A stretch of DNA of 64,000 nucleotides from Lingula anatina (Eukaryota > Animalia > Brachiopoda): contig CM120644.1 of NCBI GenBank assembly GCA_051362555.1, positions 19,056,534 through 19,120,533 of the forward strand. The letters run 5' to 3'. The notes under the pieces were generated by a model. That model was not told the DNA's origin. It worked only from the letters and a program-made list of their open reading frames with translations, and did not search any database. Both the position numbers and the translations under genes were made by a program. This document shows, piece by piece, positions 47,656 to 60,300 of this stretch (its first letter is position 1; each line of letters starts with the position of its first letter).

Positions 47656-50600
47656 ATGCTTGCAAGTTGCATGCACAATCACATTCCATCAGTGTAATAA
47701 ATAAATCCTAATTCTATTGACCCTGATATCTTACCTATCTCCTTCACGTCCTCTGTCACAGTTGTTGTGTCTTTGATATTGACTGAAGAAAGACAGGAAA
47801 ACAAATTAAACATCCCATACATGTGCACAACAAAGATTCAACACATTACTGAACATAGTCAAAGAGCGCATTCTCAACGAATTAAGCCAGGCTTTACAAA
47901 GCCGGGGACCTAAAAATGGCGGACGTACATGAAAGAAAAACCGCCTAATCTTTTAATAGTCTCTCCGCCTCTCACACGCCTCCCCACACGTCGTCCCTGC
48001 GGGGTACAGTAATTAAATCTCGGCTCCGAACATTAATATTTCCGTGAATATCTCTGGTGATATTATCTCCATAGATAGTCGATTCATTGCTGCTCTACGG
48101 GCCAAATTATTCCTTTTTCGTCTCTGTTTTCAAAGATAATAGAACAGAAGAGCTTTTTTCCTTCGATCGCCTTCAGCCGCCATGCCTTCTTCACCACGAG
48201 TTTAACTGATGAGCATGCGCACTTAATATTTCTCAGGTAGCTTCCGCATGGCGAACGGAGCCGAGATTTAATTACTGTACCCCGCAGGGACGACGTGTGG
48301 GGAGGCGGAGAGACTATTAAAAGATTAGGCGGTTTTTCTTTCATGTACGTCCGCCATTTTTAGGTCACCGGCTTTGTAAAGCCTGGCTTAATTCGTTGAG
48401 AATGCGCTCAAAGATACATTGAAAGACGTAGATAACTGAACAGCGAATTTTAACTCAGTGTTTGTGCGTAAGAGTCTCCACCCTAAAGTCCATCTGTGTG
48501 TTTACATTTTTTAAGTGTGTTAAATGAATTCCTGTTAAATTGCCCTTACAGTCTTACCTTTTTCTTTGATGCCCTCAGCATCTGACACACTCTTTGTGTC
48601 TTTAATATCAGCTGAAGAACAAGGCAGCAAAGCTGTCAAATGTACAGACAAAAAGCAGACAATAACAATGCACAAAACAGGCTACTGTCAATTCTGATGC
48701 AAAAGTACATTATGCTTAACTGCAAATTCAACATAAATTTTAATTATGCTCAACAGGTAATACCAATGTAAGTGAAATGTGTAACAAGCGTAAGGCTTCA
48801 GGCCCATGGGAGTTTAAGTTCACACTTTGAAAATGCCAGAATGAGAAAAATGAAAATTTCACATAAAACTGCTTAAATTCAATAATAAATGATAACCCAT
48901 TTGAGCTGGCTTTCTAATTTGAACTGCATGCCAATCCTACAAATCATACTTGTAAGTTGAAAATAATAATAAGTAACATAGTTTTCTTTTCATAATGTTT
49001 GTAGTAGCAGTGCAAAAAGATTTTTGTCAATTTTGATGTAACATTACAAAATAAATTACAGAATAATTATCACCAATTTTTGATTATTGACTATAAAGAG
49101 CATGGACATGTAGAAAATTTGATTACCATTTGGCTTCATGTCCATGGAAGCTTCGAGTCCCACAATGAATATGCCAACATGATAAAAATGAATATTTCAC
49201 TAAAATGTATAACTTCCAGAAAAAGAAGCCAATTAGACTGCTTTTCCAACTCAGGCTGCATTTTAGTCCTTTGTTTCTTTTTTGAAAGTTTGACAATCAT
49301 AAGTAACATGGTTTTCCCATAATGGTCATGGCAGCAGCACCCAAAATTGTGTTTTCTTCTATTTTAATGCAATATTACATAATGCTTAACAGCATAATGA
49401 CCATCAGTTTTTAATAATAAAAGATCCGTATCGTGGATTTTCAGAAAATGTGACTAGCATGGGTCTTCAAGCCCGTGGAGGTTCTAAGTCACACCTTGAA
49501 AATGCCAATATGTGAAAAATTAAATTTTCACAAAAAACTGATTAACTGCCAAAAAAATTTACCAAATAGTCTGCATTGCCCACTGAAGCTTTATTTAAGT
49601 CCCATGTTTCTTCCTGTAAGTTTGAGCACAGTAAGTGACATGGTTTTCCTTAAATGGTCATCATGGGAGCAGTGTCCAAAATAGGGGTGTCTTCAAATTT
49701 TGATGCACTATTACATAATGTTTAACAGGATAATTACCATCAATTTTTAATAATAAAATATTAGTATCATGGATATTCAGAAAATGTTCCTAGCAAAGGT
49801 CTTCAGGCCAAAGGAACTTCAAAGTCACACCTTGAAAATGCCAAAATGTAGACAAGACAGCACTGTCTTGAAATGTTTTTTTTCTCCATTTTTAACAATT
49901 TTTTAACATATAACAAAATTAACAATTTACTGCCACTTATATATGATCAACTAAGAAAATTGATGAGATGGGAAAAATATCAATAGAACAGTGTTTAATG
50001 TCCAATTTCCTCCATTCTGAGTTTCTGAACATAGTGAATGAATGAATCTGACAAACTGCAATGATATGAGTTTATTTCCATTTTTGAAACTCTATTATAC
50101 AATACGTGATAACAAGTTTACCATCATTTTTACATAATCAACTAACAATGTTGTAAAGATGCAGGAAATGTCAAACAAACACTTTTACGAATCTTATTAG
50201 TTAAATAATGAGACTGTTAACATGCCTAAGAATTGAATCTGAGGAAATGTTTAAAAACAGCATAACTTATAAAATAATGGCCCGATTATGCTGATTTTCG
50301 AACTTGACCTGCATTTTAGTAAGATTAATTACTCCTGTGAGTTTCATGACAACAGGTCTATCGGTTTTCCTTGAAATGTGTTAACAGTGTTGCACATATG
50401 CTAAAAAGTGAAAAAAACAGCATAACTACTAAAATAGTGGCCCGATCATGCCGATTTTCGAACTTGATCTGTGTTTTAGTAAGATTAATTATTCCTGTGA
50501 GTTTCATGACAACAGGCCTATCGGTTTTCCTTGAAATGTGTTAACAGTGTTGCATATATGCTAAAAAGTGAAAACACAGCATGAATACTACAATAATTGC

Positions 50601-50980
50601 CCAAACATGCTGATTTTCGAACTTGACCTGCGTTTTATGAATATTCATCAGCTCTGTAAATATAAAGCCAAAAAGTAAAACTGTCTTCCACTTATCGTGT
50701 AAACGATGAAAGTGCACGGCGACGGCGACGGCGACGGCGACAGGGACGGCGACGGCGACGACAGACGCAGGTGATGGCAATATGTACAGACACATCTGTG
50801 TCTGTACATAAAAAATGATATCAAAAAAAATTTAACATTCTATATCTGTGCATGTTCAAATAGGATTCAGCATTACAATTTGTTAAGAACGTTCAAAGAT
50901 TTAATTGATTTTAAAAATTATCTTCTTAAGTATGCTAAAGACCAGACTTTGTTTGAGCAACATGATTGTGGTGTGTATAA

Positions 50981-51014
<34 letters not shown>

Positions 51015-51856
51015 ATGTTGTCATAAGTATATCAAATTTCACAATTACTTTACTGAGATTCCAGCCTTACCTAGCTCCTCAATACTTAGGGTCTTAACAA
51101 TTGCTACATTATTCTCTTCTTTGGTATCACCTGAAAGAACAGAATTGAATTTTAAGGAATACCAAGCGTGTTCAATAATTACACAGCAAGAGCATTCATT
51201 TTTCTGAAGTTAAAATATCTTCTTAAGACTGTCAAAGGCCAGACATACTGTGCAACATAGTGTGCATGTATGTGTGTATGCGTGTATGTGTGTGTGCACA
51301 TGTGCATGCATGCTAGATAATGGAACAGTGAATTTTAACTCAGTGTTTGTGCGAGTCTCCACCCTAAAGTACATCTGTGTGTGTTTACACTTTTTAATTT
51401 TGTTAAATGAGTTCCTGTTAAATTGACCTTACTGTCTTACCTTTTTCTTTGATGCCCTCAGCATCTGGCACAGTCTTTGTGTCTTTGATATCAGCTAAAG
51501 AAAAAATTACATCAATTAAAAACTTTACATTCCATATTTGTGCAATAGGATTCAGCATTACAAAGACACATTCAAAGACTTAATTAGCTTTAAGAATAAA
51601 TAAATTATCTTCTTAAGCTAAAGACCAGAGTTTGTTTGAGGAACATGCTTGCAGTGTGTAATGAAGGTGTGTGAATGTGTGTTTGTTAGTGTATGTGTGT
51701 GTGTGTGTGTGTGTATGTGGGTTTGTTAGTGTATGTGTGTGTGCACACGTTTCATAAGTATATTAAAAGTCAATTTTACTGAAATCCCTGTCTTACCTAG
51801 CTTCTCAATACTTAGGGTCTTAACTACTGCTTCATTGTTCTCTTCTTTGGTATCAC
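47356..51856 (-). CDS. 3' part of a gene: five symmetric phase-1 acidic micro-exons (51797-51856, 51441-51494, 51071-51130, 48558-48611, 47735-47782) and terminal exon 47356-47438
   Basis: All micro-exons have AG acceptors and GTAAG donors, lengths 60/54/60/54/48. They read DTKEENNEAVVKTLSIEKL, DIKDTKTVPDAEGIKEK, DTKEENNVAIVKTLSIEEL, DIKDTKSVSDAEGIKEK, NIKDTTTVTEDVKEI, then ASKDRRPSRWRRFLSLFTSCFRRRSRT*. Confidence 0.8.
47864..48409. mobile_element. Young fold-back MITE with ~155-bp inverted repeats, in an intron
   Basis: gagcgcattctcaacgaattaagccaggc... is mirrored almost perfectly at 48256-48409. AAA flanks both ends. Confidence 0.9.
48784..49848. repeat. Diverged ~335-bp tandem repeat (about 3 copies)
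   Basis: cttcaggcccatgg...cacaccttgaaaatgcca motif recurs at ~48795, 49132, 49462 and 49798. Confidence 0.7.
49850..50816 (-). mobile_element. HINE-type element with 160-bp internal repeats and (GACGGC)n
   Basis: Hairpin caagacagcactgtcttg at 49853, 160-bp units (50281, 50441, 50601), microsatellite at 50716-50761, terminal hairpin atgtacagacacatctgtgtctgtacat followed by an A-run. Confidence 0.7.
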
Positions 51857-52024
51857 CTGAAAGAATAGAATTGAATTGAATTTTAAAGATAACATTATGT
51901 GTGTTCAATCTTTACACAGCGAAAGCATTAATTTTTAAGAAGATAAATATAATTTTAATAATTATAATTTTAATATAATTTTATAAATATACTGTATACA
52001 ATTACTAATAAATCAAATACTTAA

Positions 52025-53015
52025 AGGACAACTCAGTGGGTTAGATTAATGTATAGAAGCAGGTTCTATGTAAAACTTTGATCAGATTTGTGTTTTGGGA
52101 GATTGTTTATTGTTATATGAATAAGTCTGGGTCACAAAAGTCCTGTTAAGACAACTAGAATAAAGAATTAGAAAACGAAAACTATTTATCATGATTTCGG
52201 AGCACAGCCAGAAGTACTTCCGGCTCAAGGTCACGACCTCGATTTTCCCACGCTTACGACCAATCACAGCAGGCTTCAGTCAGCATGAGATAGACGTCAC
52301 GACTACACAGCGAAACTTGTCAGACATGTAAGTGCCGCCTGTCCATTTTTTCGGTACATTTACCGATCAAAGACAGAAAACGTAAAGCCCAAAACGCTCT
52401 TATACACGTAACCAACTTTGTATGAGCACAAATATTGTCATTTATTGTGAACAGGATAATATGATAATCAGACACACTTGAGACCTGTGAAGCGCATACT
52501 CACGTGTCGAGGAGTAGTTTCGCCATTGCCTCGTATGTGAGTCCTAACTCAGCTTTAAGTGTCCTCCACCGCCCCACCTCCCTCCCAACATACACAGTCT
52601 GAGTGCTTCTTCGTCTGTCTCTAATTTTCTTTCGTATCTTGCGAACTGGAGTGGCTATTTTCTTTCGCCCCCTTTTGTCGCTCTCCTGTTCAGACTTGAC
52701 GCGCGTCTGAGCCATGTTTGCTGTTTTGGCGCCAAATAGTAACATCCGGGTCTCAGCCGTAGTACTTCATTCATAGTAAACCGCGAGACTTAGCGAGAAA
52801 TTGCGCGTTCTGAAGCCGTACTGTGAGGTGGTAGCTGAGTATTTAAGACGAGTCGTCTTTTATTATTTAATGGAACTTAAAAACGGTATTAGGTAGCTTC
52901 ATTTTCTGAACGGTTTTGGATAGGATATACCTTGGTCATTATGGGGAAATTGGTGAGTTTTCCAGGAAAATTCATTTTCGTGCTATTTTAAGGGTTTAAC
53001 GCGCTGAGACTGTCT
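52025..53015 (-). mobile_element. Kolobok-type element retaining the first exon of an encoded protein (52714-52504)
   Basis: TTAA|AGGACAACTCAG ... CTGAGACTGTCT|TTAA. Exon MAQTRVK...RDRRRSTQTVYVGREVGRWRTLKAELGLTYEAMAKLLLD ends at a GTGAGT donor. Confidence 0.75.
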
Positions 53016-53109
53016 TTAAACATGCCAGACTTTAAATTTTCTTTTTCAATTTCAAAGAAAATCATTTTTACCTTAGATCATTACTTTTGTAAAAAGATAT
53101 AATACTTAC

Positions 53110-53312
53110 ATTTTGTGGCTTAATGAATTTCCATTCTATTTTTGAGCCCTTGGGCAGGAGAAACTCTGCCCTTAGAGACGGGACACCCATGCTGGTGGTC
53201 CTTGACATGTTAATGCCACGCTGGGTGTCCCAGCCTCCAAGGGCAGTTCCCCTGCCCACCACTTTTGCTTTCAACAGGTTTTCTCTCAAAATTAGTCTGA
53301 CAGTGGCTTTGG
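53110..53312 (-). CDS. Exon encoding the N-terminal two-thirds of a CBM20 starch/glycogen-binding domain
   Basis: Acceptor ttttgaacag and donor GTAAG. KVVGRGTALGGWDTQRGINM...FLLPKGSKIEWKFI matches the CBM20 VVG..LGxW...IExKF pattern. A 28-nt phase-compatible upstream exon candidate lies at 53906-53933. Confidence 0.7.
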
Positions 53313-53517
53313 CTGTTCAAAAAAGTAAAATAGAAAGAAATCCTATCAATATATCTTTTTGATAATTTCACTACAGGCATCCAAATTGACCACTTAATTA
53401 AAGTAAATAAAGTATGGGATATCTTACTTTCATATTACAAAGAAATTAATTAGTTGTTTAGGCCCACTGTAATGCTAGCCCATTTATCAAAAACATACAG
53501 TCACATGCACACACACG

Positions 53518-53562
<45 letters not shown>

Positions 53563-54011
53563 ACAACTTACGAGCACACTGTTCTTTTTTGTTTATTTCA
53601 ATCTCCATATCAGATGTCATCTGCAATTAGTATAATTTAATAAATGAAATTTTAGTTAAACAAGATACAAATAATAGATTTCTGTATCTTCATTTGATAG
53701 TTTTTGTATAAAAAAAAAAAAACATTTGTACCATTACAAGAATGATCATCAAAACGTTAATTGTGTGACAAGAAATTTTCAAGAATTTCGTTTAGAATGT
53801 TAAATAATCATTAAGAAATCATGAACAACACTGTAAAAAGGCGGTATGTGGGCTTACTTTAAACTTGATACAGGATTTCAGTTTGGAATAAAAAATAAAA
53901 CTTACCAGCGACTGTGTAGACATTGTCTCTTTGCTTTGTTTACAAAACAATAAATAAGAATAATTATTGTATAAAGAAATTTCATTGGACAGCTCCTGTA
54001 TTGTTTCCTTA

Positions 54012-54595
54012 CTTTTAACCAATCAGATTGAAGCTCTCGGCCTTGAGTCTTTCTGATAAATTACAAATCACAGTATACATCAATGTCTGCACCCTGGTAA
54101 TATCTATTGCAGTGCCAGAACCTTTTCCCTCCTCGCACAAGTTTCTTAGAAAGCAGGCGTTGAACCTGTTGCTGATACTGGCCGCAGTCCATTACAAATC
54201 CAGAGTCTCACCTCTTGCACAGCGCCATCTATACTAAACAATGTTTATATGGCGAATGCGAAGGGTGTTGCTGAAAAGCCGAGATTTTCATCAAACATTC
54301 TGTACACTGGATGTTACCTTCCATCAGGACACTTACCTTCGATGGTTCTGTTATAGATCCTAATGGCAAACTTAATCGGTGAGTTCAGGATGAGACATCT
54401 GAAGTGAAGAACACATATGGTATCGACTGTGTCAGTTGTTCACTGTTCACATCACGATGCAATGTGCTTGTGAAGGTTTTACAATTGTGCATCAGAATGT
54501 TGACGCTGCAGTTTAAAAGTGCTTTTGGAAAACTGACAAGACTGCACATCGTCAGCTTTTTGAAGTTTTGCCATTCCCTTTTCATCTGTAGATGC
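54012..54595 (-). pseudogene. Degenerate coding region with ZU5-like domain resemblance
   Basis: Across frameshifts: DEKGMAKLQKADDVQ / VSFPKALLNCSVNILM / SIPYVFF / LNSPIKFAI, resembling the ZU5 VxFPxGA...SPxV...PV pattern. Several stops; GTAAG donor at ~54012. Confidence 0.4.
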
Positions 54596-55029
54596 TCAAT
54601 GGCTTATGAAGGTGAGATAATTAACTGGAGAACTGACGTATCTTTTAATATATAAGAAGACCTTGTTCCTCTTCAGCCTTGACTTACAACAACAGGAGCG
54701 GATTCAGAGATATTTTCTGACAGTCTTCCAAATTATCTTTGTTGCTCCGTTCTTCATTTTTGACCGTCTTCCGACAGAAAAAATTAGATACCCGTGAATG
54801 TAAACTTGAAAATCTGACCGTCTTCCGGAAGACCCAGAAGACGCCCTGAATCCGCCCCTGAACAACACTTAATTTTGTAAGTTTTATATATTTATTTCTT
54901 CACAGTTAATATGATGTACACATGTAGTAAACCTACTAAAATTACTCTAATATTCTGGATCTTAAGGAAAAAGCCTCAGATCACTGACTTTTTTGTCTTT
55001 TTCAGTCCATCATCTGACCACAATGTACT

Positions 55030-55557
55030 ATAGGACTCCTGTAGGCACAGGACTATACTGCCACAATGGAGCACAATGACTCCAGACTACAACACTGTCC
55101 TAGGAGGCACAGGACTATACTGCCACAATGGAACACAATGACTCCAGATTTCTACACTGTCCTAGGAGGCACAGGACTATACTGTCACAATGGAACACAA
55201 TGACTCCAGACTATTTCACTGTACTAGGAGGCACAGGACTATATTGCCACAATGGAACACAATGACTCCAGACTACTACACTGTACTAGGAGGCACAGGA
55301 CTATATTGCCAAAATGGAACACAATGACTCCAGACTATTTCACTGTACTAGGAGGCACAGGACTATACTGCCACAATGGAACACAATGACTCCAGACTAC
55401 TACACTGTACTAGGAGGCAGAGGACTATACTGCCACAATGGAACACAATGACTCCAGACTACTACACTGTACTAGGAGGCAGAGGACTATACTGCCACAA
55501 TGGAACACAATGACTCCAGACTACTACACTGTACTAGGAGGCAGAGGACTATACTGC
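55030..55557. repeat. 62-bp minisatellite, array 1 (~8.5 copies)
   Basis: Unit aggaggcacaggactatactgccacaatggaacacaatgactccagactactacactgtact. Confidence 0.95.
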
Positions 55558-56287
55558 TTGCGTAGAGAATGTGAAGACAGACATTTCAGCCAGTGAACAA
55601 AATGTTCTCAGCGAAAGAACAGCCAAAATCACCAGATTTAAGGAGATCTCAAAGAGTAAGGAAAATCCCTGAAAGATTCAAGGATTATGTGTTATAAAAG
55701 TGTTTAGTTAGCTACCAAGTGGTAAAGACTTGATTTAGAGAGTGATGTTCTGGCAACCTCTCCTCTCTTGTATAGGACTTAATTTTTATCTCTTTCTCAA
55801 AGTAATTCAAACTGTACATGTGACAGTGAACACTAAGATCACAAAATACAGTAAAGGACTTCAATCATTTTTTTTAGAGACATTGATTTGTAAGAACAGC
55901 ACTTAAAGTTTCATGTTTGTATTAAAAAAATGAGAGAAAGACAATAACACTGCTACAATTTGTGATTTTATTCAAGAATCAGTAACCAATGGATCAGTGA
56001 CTGCTTATGTTTCTCATTTTCAAAGACTGTTACATGTAAATCACGAAGACTTTTGTGAGAGACTGTCAGACACTGCACATATATTATTATTATTTTCAGT
56101 TTACTTTTCAACCCCAAGTAAAAGTAATTCAAGGTGGGGAAGGATGTAATGTAGTAGTTTGACTTTATGCGTGTGTTATATCTTATATGTAGATCTTACG
56201 TCATCAGTTTTACACATGAGTTAGTATAAATGGAATAAAGAGCACATGGTCTCTTAAAACACCGGCTACTCTAGTCACTTTATTATA

Positions 56288-56966
56288 ACTACTACACTGT
56301 ACTAGGAGACACATGACTATACTGCCACAATGTAACACAATGACTCCAGACTACTACACTGCACTAGGAGACACATGACTATACTGTCACGATGGAACAC
56401 AATGACTCCGGACTACTACACTGTACTAGGAGACACATGACTATACTGCCACAATGGAACACAATGACTCCAGACTACTACACTGTACTAGGAGGCACAG
56501 GACTATACTGCCACAATGGAACACAATGACTCCAGACTACTACACTGTACTAGGAGACACATGACTATACTGCCACAATGGAACACAATGACTCCAGACT
56601 ACTACACTGTACTAGGAGACACAGGACTATACTGCCACAATGGAACACAATGACTCCATACTACTCTGTACTAGGAGACACAGGACTATACTGCCACAAT
56701 GGAACACAATGACTCCAGACTACTACACTGTACTAGGAGACACAGGACTTATTACCACAATGGAACTCAATGACTCCAGACTACTACACTGCACTGGGGG
56801 GCACAGGACTATGCTGCCACAATGGAACACAATGACTCCAGACTACTACACTGTACTAGGAGACACAGGACTTATTACCACAATGGAACTCAATGACTCC
56901 AGACTACTACACTGCACTGGGGGGCACAGGACTATGCTGCCACAATGGAACATTATGACTCCAGAA
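56288..56966. repeat. 62-bp minisatellite, array 2 (~11 copies)
   Basis: Same unit as array 1. The last four units alternate two variants. Confidence 0.95.
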
Positions 56967-57399
56967 TAATTTCCAATATGGTTATATAAGAGCATGCATT
57001 GCATATATTAAATGTTTCTACACAGATCACATTGTTTTCTGGATCTTTACAGCCTTTCAGCAAGTTTTTCGTCTTTTATAATGTAATACCTGATATTTAG
57101 GTGAATTGTGCTGCTACTGATGTGAGACTTTTTATGTAAATCCCTTGGGCATTTTATTACTTTGTCAAAGAAACTGAAAAACCAGTTTTAAGACACTAAA
57201 AAATTAAGAAGATTGTTTTAAAGATGTTTTTTTTATCATCTTCCAGCCAGAAGGATGGCCAAGTCCATCAGAGTGAACAGAGGAAACAGTCAACAGGTAA
57301 ACTAAATATGTGGATCTATCATAAATGAAAACTTATGGACAAAAAATGAAAAAGTAAAATTATGAAATCATATTTGAATCTACATGTATTCAAATTATT

Positions 57400-60300
57400 A
57401 ATTTTGTTTACGATTTGTTTTTGTCAATTCGTACTCTTCTAATGATCAATTTCCCGTAAACCTGACACTTAGAAAAAGACAGACATCTGATCAGTTCTTT
57501 CAGTTATATTGTTCTTGTTCCAGAGTACCCTTACCATGAAAAAGCAGGCAGTGAAAGACGGCACCAAGAGCAGCAGTATGTCTTATCCATGTGTACAATA
57601 CATGATATTTGGCAAGAGTTAGGACATTGTCAAATATTGTGATAACAACAACCCCTTCCAGAAACCCATTGTTAGGAGTAATCTGCATCTGACATTGGTA
57701 GTAAGGAGAAGTCTTGTATGGGTATATATTGTTTTCCAGATGACAGTTATAGGTAATTTGCAACCTCTTACACAAACAACCTCAAATCATCACATTTGCT
57801 GTTTTCTTTCAGAGTAAGTAATACATTGCAATATTGAAATATATGTTTTGGTTTATTCTCACTCTTCTGATGATGAATTTCTAATAAACTTGACACTTAA
57901 AAAATAACATAGACAGCTGATCAGTTTATCACAGATTTTTATTGTTGTTAAGCATCATTTGTACAAATTTCAGAAATATTGGACCAGATTTTACAAAATT
58001 ATTAACGTTTAACTATTTTAAATCATTGAATTTGCCAGTCTTTTCAATGTAATTTTCAGTTCTTTCAGTTATATTGTTCTTTTTCCAGAGTACCCTTACC
58101 ATGAAAAAGCAGGCATTGAAAGACAGCACCAAGAGCAGCACTATATCTTATCCATGTGTACAATACATGATATTTGGCAAGATTTAGGACTTTGTCAACT
58201 ATTGTGATAACAACAACCCCTCCAAGAAACCCATTGTAAGGAGTAATCTGCATCTGGCATTGGTAGTAAGGAGAAGTCTTGTATGGGTATATATTGTTTT
58301 CCAGATGACAGTTATAGGTAATTTGCAACCTCTTACACAAACTACCTCAAATAATCACATTTGTTTTTTTTTTTTTTTTTTTTCAGAGTAAGTTATACAT
58401 TGCAATATTGAAATATTTGTTTTGGTTAGTTCTCACTCTTCTGATGAAGAATTTCCTATAAACTCGACACTTAAAAAATAACATAGACAGCTGATCAGCT
58501 TATGACAGATTTTTATTATTGTTAAGCATCATTTGCACAAATTTCATAAACATGGGACAATATTTGACAACATTATTAATGTTTAACTATTTTAAGGCCT
58601 GCGATTTGCCAGTCTTTTTCAATGTAATTTTCAGTTTTCCCAAATATATTGTCCAAAAAAACACTTTTCATTAAACATAGTCAACTGATCAGCTTCTCTC
58701 AGATTTTAATTGTTGTTAAATATCATTTGTAAAAATTTCATAAACATTGGACAAGATTTGACAAAATTATTAATGTTTAACTATTTTAAGGCCTGCGATT
58801 TGCCAGTCTTTTCAATGTAATTTTCAGTTTTCCCAAATATTTTGTCAAAAAAAAACACTTTTCATTAAACATAGTCAACTGATCAGTTTCTCACAGATTT
58901 TAATTGTTGTTGAATATCATTTGCACAAATTTCATAAATATTGGACAAGATTTGACAAAATTATTAATGTTTAACTATTTTAAAGCCTGCGATTTTGCCA
59001 GTCTCTTCAATGTAATTTTTAGTTTTCCCAAATATATTGTCCCAAAAAACACTTTTCATTAGTCACAGTCAACTAATCAGCTTATCACAGGTTTTTATTG
59101 ATGTTAATTATCATTTGTTCAAATTTCATAAACATTGGACAAGATTTGACAAAATTATTTATGTTTAACTATTTTAAGGCCTGCGATTTGCCAGTCTTTT
59201 CAATGTAATTTTCAGGTTTCCCAAATATTTTGTCAAAAAAAAAAAACACTTTTCGTTAAACATAGTCAACTGATCAGCTTCTCACAGATTTTAATTGTTG
59301 TTGAATATCATTTGCACAAATTTCATAAATATTGGACAAGATCTGACAAAATTATTGATGTTTAACTATTTTAAAGCCTGCGATTTTGCCAGTCTCTTCA
59401 ATGTAATTTTTAGTTTTCCCAAATATATTGTCCCAAAAAACACTTTTCATTTGTCACAGTCAACTAATCAGCTTATCACAGATTTTTATTGATGTTAATT
59501 ATCATTTGTTGAAATTTCATAAACATTGGACAAGATTTGACAAAATTATTAATGTTTAACTATTATAAGGCCTGCGATTTGCCAGTCTTTTCAATGCAAT
59601 TTTTAGTTTTCCCAAATATATTGTCCCAAAAACGCTTTTCATTAGTCACAGTCAACTGATCAGCTTATCACAGATTTTTATTGATGTTAATTATCATTTG
59701 ATCATATTTCATAAACATTGGACAAGATTTGACAAAATTATTAATGTTTAACTATTTTAAGGCCTGCAATTTGCCAGTCTCTTCAATGTAATTTTTAGTT
59801 CTTTCAGTTATATTGTTCTTTTTCCAGAGTACCCTTATCATGAAGAAGCAGGCATTGAAAGACAGCACCAAGAGCAGCACTATGTCTTATCCATGTGTAC
59901 AATACATGATATTTGGCAAGATTTAGGACTTTGTCAACTATTGTGATAACAACAACCCCTCCAAGAAACCCATTGTAAGGAGTAATCTGCATCTGGCATT
60001 GGTAGTAAGGAGAAGTCTTGTATGGATATATATTGTTTTCCAGGTGACAGTTATAGGTAATTTGCAACCTCTTACACAAACAACCCCAAATCATCACATT
60101 TGCTGTTTTCTTTTGAGTAAATAATATATTGCAATATTGAAATATTTGTTTTGGTTAATTCTCACTCTTCTGATGATCAATTTCTCATAAACTTAACACT
60201 TAAAAAAAAACACAGACAACTGATCAGCTTATCACAGATTTTTATTGTTGTTATGCATCACTTTTACAAATTTCATAAACATTGGACCAGATTTGACAAA

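Noticed and set aside
55030-56966. CRISPR-like regular repeats
   Set aside because: Units are contiguous with no unique spacers, there are no cas genes, and the context is eukaryotic.
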